A stretch of DNA of 59,883 bases, the filler included, from Thelocarpon superellum (lineage: Eukaryota): the NCBI GenBank assembly GCA_026025795.1. It is 2 parts of 2 records of this genome, joined end to end, with 100 filler letters (N's around TTAATTAATTAA, not from the genome) between each part and the next. Parts side by side here need not be neighbours in the genome. Positions count along the whole stretch, not along the records: positions 1 to 29,910 come from JAPEUG010000211.1; positions 30,011 to 59,883 come from JAPEUG010000212.1. The stretch is one strand, 5' to 3'. Every line of letters begins with the position of its first letter. The first letter of the stretch is position 1. The position numbers and the translations under genes were made by a program. Under the pieces are notes generated by a model. The model was not told the DNA's origin. It saw only the letters and a list, made by a program, of their open reading frames with translations, and ran no database searches. This document shows positions 22,485-34,572 of this stretch, one piece after another.

Positions 22485-22991
22485 ATGGGTGGAGGTGGTG
22501 GACGACTTCCGGGACAGTGAGTCGCTTCCCGCCTCTGGGACTTCAAGGGCCCGGCTAACGACGCGTTCATTCTCAGGTACCTCGGCGGATGGGGCGATCT
22601 GGGTACGCATTATCCAAGATCTCTTGAGCTATCAGCTCGCACGGCCATCAACATTTGGGACGACTGAATTTATGCTCATTAAATTCATCCACAGGCTCCC
22701 AAACTCAGAAAGGCGTTACGTCCTATGCCTTGTCGGCCAATCGACAGCGCCCTCTCGCCGGTAATCTGCACGCGGCGGTGTTTAATACCTACCGGCGAAC
22801 CAGGGGCCAAATCCTTTTCGTCGCGCCGCCCTTGATCGTTGCCTATCTCGTCTTGGATTGGGCGACCGAGCAGTAAGTGTCCTTCTGCCGCGAGTTCGGT
22901 GAGAGAGCGAAGTGCTCACCCAACGTCCTCCAGAAATCACTATCTCAACTCAAAGGCGGGCCGGGCGCTCGAGGGTGCAGAGGAGGCTTAG
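22485..22991 (+). CDS. QCR8: Cytochrome bc1 complex subunit 8; 4 exons
   Basis: Spliced translation MGGGGGRLPGQ-YLGGWGDL-GSQTQKGVTSYALSANRQRPLAGNLHAAVFNTYRRTRGQILFVAPP...NHYLNSKAGR. Confidence 0.93.
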
Positions 22992-25142
22992 AGCGATTTG
23001 GTAGATGGGTGATGCATGCCAAGGAGGGAGCGGGTCCCCAAGCCATTGGCTGGCGCGAACATAGACGGATATCTGCATCTCAGCAATGTGATGTACCAAA
23101 TGTGATGGCGAATCCAAGCTACATGGCTCAATACTCTCCTGAAGTTGGTGCTCATCTCCCGATCGTCCAACACACAGTAGCCGCGGGTGCGGCTCGGCAC
23201 GGCCTTCGGTCGCCTGCTGCGATATCTCATCGGCCTAATTTGCCATGAAAAGTGGCCCAGACGAGCGCGGGAGGGATATCCCCGGAGCTACACGCGCAGA
23301 CCAGGAGCTGAACCTTGAAATGCGTCGGGAAAGTAGGATCTCAGGGATCTGTTGAAAACCCGACTCGACTACTGGACGCCAGATTACCGTTTCGACCTGC
23401 AGAGGGTGTAGCCAGATTTTCTGGTGCTACACGCTGCTTGGTTAGGTGTCATCGGCGGCATCGTATTGCCCGAGATTGCAGCCATGGGAGCTCGGTCGCC
23501 ACCTTGATGATCCGCAAGGTAAACCGTTGGCCCTACGCACACGCGGGGATTCCCCGGTAAAAGACCTCAGTAAATCGAAACGCTCAGGCGACGAACCTCC
23601 ACCAAGATGCCCGTCGAGGGCCTTGCCTTGTCCCCATCAGTCCACGGTACCGACGTAGCTTGTATGGTTCTCCATCCCGACGGTGGCAGACATGAGGCTG
23701 ACATGGAACCCGCACCGGACATTGGATGACGGTATTCGCTGACGCAGTGCGGGACTTCGCCTGAGGCTGACGAGTGGCGAGCGCGAGCACGAGCGATGGG
23801 CCTCGCAGGGCGTCGGGCCAAAAGCTCGGTAGCGAAGGTTGGCAAGCCTTCGACAGGTGTCACGGGGGAGAACTACGATCCCAGGTCCCTTGACCGCCAT
23901 TGCAGATGAGGGTCAGATCACAAAGGGTACTGTAGGCATCGAGCGTGGGAGACCCGGGGCCAGCGCTGGAGCGGCTGTCCCCAATTCGTCGAACCTTCTT
24001 CGCTCCATGCGTCAAATCCTGGGCACTAGATGACGAACGCGCAGGCCCGAACATGCACGTTGCAGAGGCGGCTAAGATGTCACGGCAAGCGATATACCAC
24101 TTGCCCTCCGATTCTTTCTCGTCTGGCGGATGGCGTGCCAGTGCCCGCGGCCCCCGATGCATGCACGTGGCAGGGGTGCTGATTGCTGAGGCTCGACTCG
24201 GTCAGCCTGAGAGAGGGCACAGGGTCGCTTGCCGGATCGGCGTCGGCATGGCGTGACGGATCTGCCCGTGGCAAGCCCACATCAAACGCTCGGTGGAGTC
24301 CTGACGAGCGCGACGCCCGGTTGACGTACGCGTCAAATGATGGGACGACTATGAAGTGCCAACCATGGCGGCGGGCGCGCGGCAGGCGCTGGTCGTGGGT
24401 GGCGGGCGGTAAGTGGCGGCGGGAGGGCGTTTTTCCTTTCTTTTGCACGATGCCGGGCGCGGCCGTGCCCCCCCAGTCATCCAGCTGCCCCACCAATGCC
24501 CGCTACGCTGTTAGCGGGCCCACCGGCTCGTTTGATCTGTCCAGACCCATCCATCAGATCTTCGTCCTATCTCCGTCTGGCCTGGCTCTGGAACGCGTGC
24601 GTAAACGGTATCCGTTCCTTTCGTCCCGAGCGCACCCTACCCGTTCGACCCTGCCCTAGGGGTCATCGGCTTTGGGGGTCCACCACCGCGATGGACCCGC
24701 AGTGGATAGACGGCACGAGGACGGATCAGGGTCCACTCGCGACGGGCCCGCGGCCTTATTGCCCGGGCCGATGCTATCCCTGGTGGCATCCCAGGGTCGA
24801 GAAATTGTCCCGCACATCGGCCACGTTGCTCGTCGTGGCCGATGCTCTCGACGTCCTCCCCAATCAGCTTTAACAGACGTGCCACGGAGGTGGGTCAGCC
24901 GCTGGAAACTCATGCGCGCATCTTGTGAAAGTCGCTGTACAAATACGTGGTCCACGCTGCCCCGGAGTTGCCACAGTTCTCCTCTGTGTGCGTCGGCCAT
25001 CCCCGGATTTTGGCTGTAACCCTCATCACCCGTGACTGTCAGCTTGCTGGCTCGGAAGACGTGTCAGGCCGCGTGAATCGGGTGACCAGGCTTCTCCATC
25101 CATATCTACCTCACCGCCACCTTTACCATCGCCCCTACCACC

Positions 25143-26562
25143 ATGTCCGGTCAAGTAATACAGCCGGCCATGCGAGGCGTGCTCGATCAAGCCCTCTCGG
25201 GCGAAAGCGTGCCCAACGAAGCGCTGGCGACAGGCCCCAGCGTCGGTCTCCCGTCCGTCAACCTGATGGCCGGGGCGGACAGCAGCCATGAGGTGGCGGC
25301 CTCCATGGAGCGCGCGCGCGAGCATGTGGAGCATGTGGACGACTCAAGTCCCGGCTCGCCCGGCTCGCCCCAGTCGTTGGTGGTGACGGATCGCTATGCG
25401 TTTGCCTTTGACATCGACGGCGTGCTCATTCGCGGTGGACGACCGATTCCCCATGCCATCGAAGCGATGCGGGTGCTCAACGGAGAAAACAAGTGGGGGA
25501 TCAAAGTGCAAGTCGTCTCTGAATAGGGGCAAGGAGCTGTGGTCCAGGGCTCGCGCTGAACGTTTCTCTAGTCCCTACATCTTCGTCACGAACGGAGGGG
25601 GCAAGACCGAATTGGAGCGCTGTGGCGACCTCTCGCGTCAACTGGGCATCGAGGTCTCGCCAGGACAGTTCATCTGCGGCCACACGCCGATGCGGGAGAT
25701 GGCCACACACTTCAAGACGGTGCTCGTCGTCGGCGGCGAGGGAGAAAAGTGCCGGCACGTGGCGGAAGGCTACGGTTTCCAGGACGTCGTGACCCCCGGC
25801 GACATCATCAAGGACAACCAAGACACGACGCCCTTCCGGAAGCTCACGGCGGAGGAGTACGGGAATTCGCGGGCGCGCAACTTCAACGAGGTCGAGATCG
25901 AGGCCATCTTTGTCTTCGCGGACAGCCGCGACTGGGCCGGGGACCAACAGATCATCCTCGACCTCCTCATGTCGAAGAGCGGCCGGCTCGGCACGCGCTC
26001 CGACACCTTTGACGAAGGCCCGCCCGTCTTCTTCTCGCACAACGATGTCGTCTGGTCGACCAGCCACGAGCTCACGCGAATCGGCATGGGTGCGCTGCGG
26101 GCCTCGCTCGAGGCCATGTTCAAGGCGGTGACGGGCAAGGAGCTCAAGACGACGGCGTACGGCAAGCCGCAGCTCGGCACCTTCCAGTTCGCCACACGAC
26201 TGCTCCAGCAGTGGCGGAAGGATACGCACGGCATCGACTCGCCGCCCGACACCGTCTACTTTGTGGGGGACACGCCGGAATCGGACATTCGCGGGACCAA
26301 CGAGTTCAACAAGACGTCGGAGAACACGTGGTATTCCATCTTGGTTCGGACCGGCGTCTTCCGCGACGGGACCGTCCCCGGATACGCACCGAAGATGACC
26401 GTCGACAATGTGCTTGATGCCGTCAACTACGGCATGAAGCGCGAGTACGCCAAGCAGCTGACTGCTGACATTCCCGCGGGCAGCCAGGAGCGTGATGTCT
26501 TCGCTGTGGCATGCGCCGGCGCGACCAGCGGTCCGACGGAACTCGTCGCCGTGCCTTCATGA
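25143..26562 (+). CDS. HAD-superfamily subfamily IIA hydrolase (CECR5-like); 2 exons (25143-25507, 25572-26562)
   Basis: FAFDIDGVL, PYIFVTNGGG, YGKP, YFVGDTPESDIRG, SILVRTGV motifs. Frame continuity requires a GC donor at 25508. Confidence 0.92.
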
Positions 26563-27092
26563 AAAGGCGCATGAGACCGGGACGGACCGAAGGCCAGGCT
26601 CGGTGTTCTGGCGGTCTGACGGCCATGGGATGCTTTCGCGTTGCTTGCCGCTTTGCTGCTTCACTCATCCACGTCTCTGCCGAAGATGGCAGGGTGGATT
26701 TGTTTCGCCCTCGTTTTCGTGGATCGGGGACCGCTGTACCATCGCTGCACACGATACCACCACGACACTAGACTAGACCCTGAGCTAGACAGCTGCACGG
26801 AGACCATTCGGCCCTCGAGGCCTGTGATACTTGCGTGGCCCATGGATCCTCATGACCTGTGCACGCAGTCCCCCAGCATGCACCAATGCAGGGGAGCTAC
26901 TTGTCCGAAAGTCATACGTCACCGTGAACTCGTACTCATTGCTAGTCCACAAGTCCGTTGTTCGAGTCATTAATTACCAGACTTGGTGTTGTGTACTTTC
27001 GTGGAAAATAGGATGGTTTGGCCGATCCTTCGGATCACATGCATTGAGGTTTGACAGGAGTGGATGGGGTGAGGGCAATAGTTGGGCCGTTG

Positions 27093-27132
27093 ACTGATTG
27101 CGTCCTGCGCATAACTGATTGCGTCCTGCGCA
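27093..27132. repeat. Two-copy tandem repeat with a 21-bp period (ACTGATTGCGTCCTGCGCA)
   Basis: Exact 19-bp duplication at 27093 and 27114. Confidence 0.85.
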
Positions 27133-27889
27133 GTGACTACGAGTCCTAGTCAGTAGGTCCCAGCACAAGTAGGAAGTAGCAGGAGGTACGAGTATTCGTC
27201 CTTGGTGACTAATTATTACTTCGTTTTGGTGGTGGTAGCCGCCTCGACCTCGTCCCGCCCGGCACTTTCTGTTTGTCGACGCGGCTCGTGCACCTGGACG
27301 GGTGCGTCCAAGGAGGCCTCGTGGCCGAGTGCGGCTTGCTGTTTATGTAACTTCACCCCACACTTTCTCCCCGCCACTCGCTTGACCCCCGGGACCAAGA
27401 CGGCTGTGGCCCGTAGGCTGCTACTCTCTGCTCCCTCCAGTGACCGTCAGCGGTGACTCTGGCCCCCAGGGCTGACACCCGGCGACCAACGAGACCTCAG
27501 GTCCTTGCACACCGCTCACCACTGAGCCCGTTGCACCAACCGCGGCGGGTGTGATCTGGGTCGTCGGATGCGTGCGGGCACTGCCAGGGTGTGGACCTGC
27601 CCTTGTGCCCTGTGGCGCCTACCCACCCCGTGAAGACAGATAGGCAACGTGCCAGCTGACCACTTGACCTGTCGTGTCCTCGGTCTTCCACGCTGTCAAC
27701 TTATTTCGCCGGTCCCATGTGCGGCGCTGTGTGCACTGCCTGCTAGGGCTGCTCATTGCGTCGAGCGTTGACTCACGCCTTTCGTCGACTCTTGCCGTTG
27801 GCCCGAGAGCCCTCGACGAGTCGTCTTCTTCTCGAGACTCACATCACGGCCTCGGTCGCGAGCCATCAAACGGCCGGTCCGACTACAAG

Positions 27890-28945
27890 ATGTCCGACGC
27901 GACAATGCAAGATGTACCCACCGCATCTCCTGAACATTCCCCCACTATGGCACCACACCGAGCAGACGAGCCGCTGCCCCAATCGTCTCAGTCATTCGAC
28001 GCGGCGATGGAGCGACTTCCGCCTCCCCTCGTCGCTCCCCCTACGCCAGAATCGCTACCTCTTCGCCAACGCATCTCGTCTTCCTTCTCTCGCAGCCATC
28101 TGCGGTCTCGATCATCGGCCAGTGTCCTGACGCCTCCGGCGATGACGCGGGCCCATTCGATGCCGGTGGTCGACGGCGCAGGCCGTGTACTATTATCCAC
28201 GTCCGCCGTACGGCCATCCAGCCCATTGACTGGAGGGAAGCGGTATCGGCTCCCGCCGCGATCGTCGACGGACGAGTCGATTCCATCTTTGACCCGCTAT
28301 CCGTTGGCCCTGGAGGACGCGGTGCCAGAGGATGCGGAGCTGGACATGACGCCCAAGGCACGAGACCGATCCCTTCCACCAAGCTCGCCGCTGCTCCCAT
28401 TACATCCCGGCAATACCTTTCCTCGACGCCATCGGCCTTCGTCTCCCTTTCGGCCCGTCTTCCTCGCGCCCACGTCTGCGGCCCGGCCGAGCACGCCAAC
28501 CTCGACCAGCGCCTCGCCCGCGGTGCCTTTGGCCCGCTTCACGGAAACTTATCCGGTCAACTACAGCTATCAATTATCCTTCTCCTCCAACTCCTCTCTC
28601 CCGTCGACGCCGACGTCGGCTCGCTCTCGCAGCCCGAGCATCTCGAGCTTGGAGACGATCCCGGACTCGCCCGACGCGGAAGAGGCGGCACTCGAAGCGG
28701 AGCGGATTGTGCAGCTGAAGGAAGCGGCCGAGGCGGCAGAGCGAGGGGAGGCTGCCACCACGCTGGACGAACGACGACGGAGCAGCTTTGATCCTTCGGG
28801 CGCAGGTCCCTCTGCATCCGGACGCAGTCTCCTCCCGGGCGTGCTCGTCTCCTCGTATGCGTCACGAGACAAGAAGAAGCGGTGGAGTGTCTGTGGAGCG
28901 GAGCGGACGGGTGATCTGGACCTGGAAACGATCTGGGAGGATTGA
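27890..28945 (+). CDS. Conserved fungal Ser/Pro-rich disordered protein
   Basis: PSTPTSARSRSPSISSLETIPDSPDAEEAALEAE and C-terminal KKKRWSVCGAERTGDLDLETIWED* motifs; the start codon is uncertain. Confidence 0.8.
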   Translation: MSDATMQDVPTASPEHSPTMAPHRADEPLPQSSQSFDAAMERLPPPLVAPPTPESLPLRQRISSSFSRSHLRSRSSASVLTPPAMTRAHSMPVVDGAGRVLLSTSAVRPSSPLTGGKRYRLPPRSSTDESIPSLTRYPLALEDAVPEDAELDMTPKARDRSLPPSSPLLPLHPGNTFPRRHRPSSPFRPVFLAPTSAARPSTPTSTSASPAVPLARFTETYPVNYSYQLSFSSNSSLPSTPTSARSRSPSISSLETIPDSPDAEEAALEAERIVQLKEAAEAAERGEAATTLDERRRSSFDPSGAGPSASGRSLLPGVLVSSYASRDKKKRWSVCGAERTGDLDLETIWED

Positions 28946-29910
28946 CCTGACCTAGTTACGGGACGAGCGGATTTTCCTCACGCCTCCGGATGGGTCATGT
29001 TCTTGGTGACGTCTACCCGTCGGCGATAAATGCGTGTGCCGGAGGCGGCATCATGCGGCGTTTCCGGAGGAGTGCTCTTCTCACCGTGGCGCGACGGGCT
29101 TGTTGGCGTTGGTCTGGTTGGGGCGGACACAGGCGGATCGATGCCTGCAAACTGCGCAGTATTTGTACGAGGACGAGTAAACGTCTGGTCCACCTTCTAC
29201 CATATCTATGCCCCCCACAACTAGACTCGTAGTGGTCCCCTCACATGTGCGGAAGTGATTTCCTGAGCCAACGGTCAGGCATAGTCATGCAAGGAACGAG
29301 CAGGGCAGTTGAAGAGGGAGATGATTCCCTTGAACGAGAGGCGTCGCAGGATTGCACGGGCGACGGCGCGGAATCCGATGCAAGTCAGCTGACGAGTCAC
29401 CAGCCGGTCGGAGCGAAGCCGCAGCACCTCTTCTCGCGCTGGTACTTAGTACCAAGACGATTAGCCTTGGCGAGTTACGGAACCAGAAACGAATGAGCGA
29501 TCCGTAACTACTAACCCGACAAGTGGGAGCGTCGTGCCTGGCTGATCGATTCGCATCTCCGAAATTTGTCCAGCCACGCTTTCCACCACCTCCACCACCA
29601 GCCCCACCCAACCGGTGGCACTCGATGCAACTAGATGCGACCCTGCAGAAGATGAAGGCAGCCTCCTTTGGTCTGCGAGCGTGATCTCTCCCGTGCACGG
29701 CCCCGACGGGTGGATTGGGTGAGGCTCGCGAGTCCGATCACGGAACACCTCCTGGCTTCATGCTGACGGGCTTCCAGCGTGCCGAGCGCCCGCGTGGTCC
29801 ATGTACGTCGCGGCGCGTCCCACCTCCGGCATGCACGCTCCACGCTCCTTCCGGCGGACCAGTCCCATCACCTTGTTGCTCGTCGCCTTGCTGGCCCTGG
29901 GCGTTCTGTT

Positions 29911-30010
29911 NNNNNNNNNNNNNNNNNNNNNNNNNNNNNNNNNNNNNNNNNNNNTTAATTAATTAANNNNNNNNNNNNNNNNNNNNNNNNNNNNNNNNNN
30001 NNNNNNNNNN
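29911..30010. other. Artificial contig/scaffold spacer (44 N + TTAATTAATTAA + 44 N)
   Basis: Exactly 100 bp, symmetric, with a palindromic six-frame stop linker in the centre. Confidence 0.97.
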
Positions 30011-31996
30011 GTTTGCGACTGCTCGGGGGAGGGAACGGCGATCTGGTAGCCAAGTGACAGGCGTCTTGCTCCTTCTCTACAGCATGTGGTGGCACTTGTG
30101 TAGCACAGAAAACCAGGCGTATGAGACAGGTTCCATCTAATTGTTGAGAAAGAAAATCGTCTTTAACTTGCAGTGGGTAGAAGTGGATCTTGGTAAGAGG
30201 AACATCTCACCTTTGCTCAGGCCTCGAGCGATCACTCTTGTAGGACGGGGAGCTACGCTTCATGGTCGGAGGAGGAGAAGTCATGTGACCACCCGCACAG
30301 TAATATCTCGTATGTAGCGAGCCACGCAGACGTCTGCCAGAGCCGCAGTGTTCGACTCGAGTATCACAGAGTTAGCAATAGGTCTTGAATCCGACTGCAT
30401 CACCACGTCCTAGCCAATAGACCATGTCTACCAGTCCCGCTTAGCTGTACGCTTCGTTGTCACACTCTAAGCACCGCAGGTCTCTACTCTTACACCCCTG
30501 GGGGAACGTGTGTGGAACGTGTATGGTGTTGAAGGTGTCTCTAATAGCTAGAGCTCGGAATCGAGCCTATTCAGCTAGCTAGTGTATGCGCATCGCGCGT
30601 ACTCGTCATACTGAGTGACGTAAGCTAACATAGCCATCGTAGCTGTTTCCGCTACGTCCGTGGCATCGACTGTTTGATCGGGGAGTTGCTACCAAGCTTG
30701 CGCTGATCTTCCATTGTCATACCGTCAACCAGCTGCAACATCAAGAAAGCAGCGGTGTGAAAGTGAAACACTTCCACTTCCAGAGGCCTAGGCTTTGCCA
30801 TGCTCGTCTCTCAGGGATGCAGTGGCTTATCTAGAGCAGTCCATGCACATTATGGACGCGAGAGTTCATGCGCCATCTTCGCAGTTACGCATGTCTCATG
30901 GCCATCTTCCACTGTCATCAAGAGAGGTGCAATGCCGCTGTACCATGTGTGGACAACACTGGATCAGCTCTTGATAGGATGGATGTGAGAGAGCTCGCTC
31001 GAGTACTGTGGACATGAAAAGGCCCAACAGGGCCGCCATGTCTACTGGTCACTCCAGCACCTTTCCTACAACAGACACAACCACTCCACTCGCACAACAT
31101 TACGTAGCAAAGGAGAGTTTGTTCAAGCAAGTCCATCAATCAGCAAGCATGCACGCTTCCACCTCTTCTGTCCTGCAGGCACCCTTGCCACAGAGACTAT
31201 GGCTGTAGTCCTACAAGGCCCTAACACTGTGCCGACGCATACTCGCTCATCATCTGCCCCGATGTGGAACGCGCAGGTTCCTGTACGAGGTCCTGGCCAT
31301 CATTTATCCCATCGTGTACAACGAAAGTGCTCCTAGCACTGGATTGAGAAATGACACCACATCCTGCCAGGGCTGCGGCGGATGGGGGTTGAAGTTGACT
31401 ACCTACCCTGGCATCAGCCACCCGTATAACTTGCCAGTGTTCAGCATCCAAATTCCGAGCACCAAACAAGCTGTCAACTGCTTGGACAGCGCTATCAATC
31501 GAGCCACAGGTGGTGGGAGCGCCGGCATCTACATAGCGGAAGTGGGCCTACTCACCCCTACTTGCACCCATATTTGCACGCACCGGCCCCCCTCGTGCGA
31601 GCTTTGGAACATGTGCTGATGAAGCGTGAGCAAGAACCCTATGGCTGTGAATTCGACTAGCCTGCTGTCTGGGTTGATGAGGGTGCGTTGGCGTCAGTTG
31701 AGGTGGGAATAGACAAGCGTTGCTCGGGTGCGTTGCGTGTTTGGTGTTTTGGGTGTTCTGTCTTTATGCAGTAGGAGGGATGTTTCCTTCAACGGGTCCG
31801 AAAACTCCTCTTCCCATCGAGCAACGTAGCACTGTATTAGGAGAAGATGCGTTGGATGTTAGAATTGTCTTTGCATTGGCAAATGTCCCATTCCCCACAT
31901 CAAGCAGAACAGATGCTTGCTTTCGTATCACGGCAGTGTAAATGGTACAATGGATGAGAGAAGAGAGGCGAGAGAGAGAAACAAGTAGAACGAAGG

Positions 31997-32615
31997 TCAC
32001 TTCCACCCCTTCTCCTTCAACTTCTCCGCATATGCATGCTGTGTATTCTTGCTGACGTGCCCGTCACGCGAGCCAGGGGTGGCATATAGACTACCTTCCC
32101 GCTTCTGGAAGCGCGATGGCGGGACTTTGCTTGCGTCTGCGCAGTGGTCGCTGTCAGCCCGTTTCCTACCTGTCTTCCTCCTTTCACGGAGAAACAGTCC
32201 GCTCGCGTAAAATGATGCCCTTGTCCACTCACCCCATTCCTTGCTCATTCGTCGAACATGCCCCTCCGGCGACTGCGGTGGCGATAGCGAGGTAGAGCCG
32301 CCTCGCTCCGTGAAGGGATCATTGTCCGCCGTTCTTTGGCCTGCGAATGGATCGTCGGAGCTGCCCGTGCTGTTGTTTCGCTTGCTGGCGCCGCGAGGCG
32401 CCGTCTCAGGGGAGACCGCGGGGTCTGTGGTGGGCAAGGAGTCGCTATTCAGTCCTGCGTAGAGATCCTCTCGTCAGTCATGTTGTCCCATCCCTGGTTT
32501 CATGAACTTCAGGCAGATGCGAGGGGGGAAGAAAGCGATCGATGGACACGTGGAACGAGCACTTACCTTCGACTCGCGTAGCAAAGGTGTCGGTGCGGTT
32601 GTCAACTTCCGTCAT
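31997..32615 (-). CDS. Small conserved fungal hydrophilic protein; 3 exons
   Basis: MTEVDNRTDTFATRVE|GLNSDSLPTTD...RRMSKEW|DASKVPPSRFQKREGSLYATPGSRDGHV...KLKEKGWK*. GTAAGT and GTGAGT introns with CTGAC branch sites. Confidence 0.78.
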
Positions 32616-34572
32616 GATGATGTCATGGAACTGGACGTTCAAGGTATAGAGCACAGCGAGCTTAGATAGCAGTCACAGCGAATGAGTCTTTCGAGAGAAG
32701 AAGCAATGCCTGACGGCTAGACGGAGGAAGACGAGGGGAGATGCGGTGCAGGGGAAGAGGGGAAGAGAAGGACGAGGTAGAAGAGTAGGGAATTGGAGCA
32801 CATCATATAGTCGCACCATCCATCCTCTAGAGCACTCTACCCGACAAGGGTGTCATCATCCCCAGCTCTTCTTTTCTTCCTGCCACGCGCGGGGCTGCTC
32901 TAGCCGCAGCAATAGGCCACGAGCTAGGCCCCACCAAGGCCGTGGAAAAGCCGTGGCTGTGTGGCGGCGTCCGTGTCCCTCGAACGGGCGGCGGACGGAG
33001 AAAGCGAGGAAGCAAGCCCATTCGGCACCAGAACGGTCATGGACCTTTCGGAGGTCGTGCTACCTGTCGACTACGCTAATACGAGGTAGCGGCAACAGTC
33101 GACGCAGCGATAGCAGCGGCGAGCAAATAGTCGGATGAGTACAAGCAACGCCTGGTCTCGGACGCGGGAAGAAGAGGGGTCGACGACACACCGCGAGTAC
33201 GGCGCAGCTTCTCTCGACAAGGTAGAGGATAGCCGGGTACGGCCAAGGGTTCCCTGCTCGAAAACCGCTTGTGTGCAGCGAGCCCCTGGACCCTCCGCTT
33301 CTCGTTGGTCACAGATCTAGGCAGCTTGGCAGCTTGGCAGGCAGACCGAGGGGCAATCAGAGGCAGGCGGTGTGCTGGACGAGACGTTATCATTGCCCCA
33401 GTGCCGGAATGTGATGACGCGGACCTCGACCAAGGCGGATCCTTTACTGCCATAGCCTCGTTCGTAGAGCTTCTGATGCCTCTAGGCAGCTGGACTACCC
33501 CCGTCACCTCGCCGTCACCGTCAAAGGTCGGCGGCTCCGGGGGGAGTACTCGTACACGCGCCTCAAGACTGACCATATCCAGAGTGAAGGTCTACAAAGT
33601 TAGAGGCGTAAGCGCAGGACCAATTACAATGCTCAGCCACATTCTGCGCTGAATCGCTGACGGAGCCTCCGTAAGCCAGTACCCGTGAGTGCTCGCATGG
33701 TCCAAGCGGAGTGGCGATTGAATGACCAATAGCGTCGCGCACGCAGCTGTCAGGATCAACATTCCAGTACCACCCTGCAAGGCAGCATGACAGATGAAAG
33801 GACGGAAGCTCTGGGACATCCTCGTATGGGAGTACCACACGATCATGACGACCGTTGCAACGGCTCGCAGGAGAGGCTGTCCGAAAAGAGGGGTCCCGCA
33901 TACGACGCCTGCGGCCTTCCCCGCCTTTCCTGTTCGGCGCTAATCCATTCACGCCAAGCGCCAGGCCCTGACGTGCCCCAAGCGCGACACGGCGGTCGAA
34001 TCGTGTCGTCCTCTTCATGGTATGAAGAATTCATCGACACGCTGACGCGCTACGAGGTATCGTCGATATGCCACAATCATTCATCAGGCAGCATCAATCA
34101 ACATTAAACTATTGAGCTAGTGGAATCAATCTCCGGAAAGCCCCGGCAAGAGGGCAGAGAGAGCGTGGTGAGCCAGTCGGCGACGCCTGCTGCTACCACT
34201 GCTGCTGCCGTTGCGTCTGCGCGCTGTCGCTCGCGGTTCGTTCCCTACCGAGGGAGGTGCACACAAGCCATCGCGCCGTAGGAGTCGAGCATGACTTCTC
34301 CGTAGTCAAGGAAGCGACCCATCACCGTACTGGGCGGGAAAAAATCAAAGACGCGTACAGCGAGCCGAGAAGAGGATCGCCCAAGGGAAAGAGGAGCCGT
34401 GGGACACACCCCCTGTGCCCGCGATCCGAGGAAGGGAGAGGGAGAAAGTAGACCGCCGTGAGCCAGGAGAGGTCCCCCGTGTCAGCCGCGCCCGGAGGAA
34501 GGCGCAGAGCGGAGAGCGCCCGAGTCCTGGACCAGTATGCTTCATCATCCAGGTCAATCCTCGCGTCGGGTC

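Noticed and set aside
23000..25100. Many overlapping short ORFs upstream of the HAD gene
   Set aside because: No motifs or consistent exon structure; expected by chance at high GC.
29730..29910. Possible 3' end of a minus-strand gene truncated by the gap
   Set aside because: Two frames are open but neither is recognisable; too little evidence.
31140..31620. Possible decayed small secreted protein gene
   Set aside because: It needs several unsupported frameshifts and no family is recognised.
32700..34500. Short ORFs between the small gene and the large disordered protein
   Set aside because: No conserved motifs or convincing splice structure.
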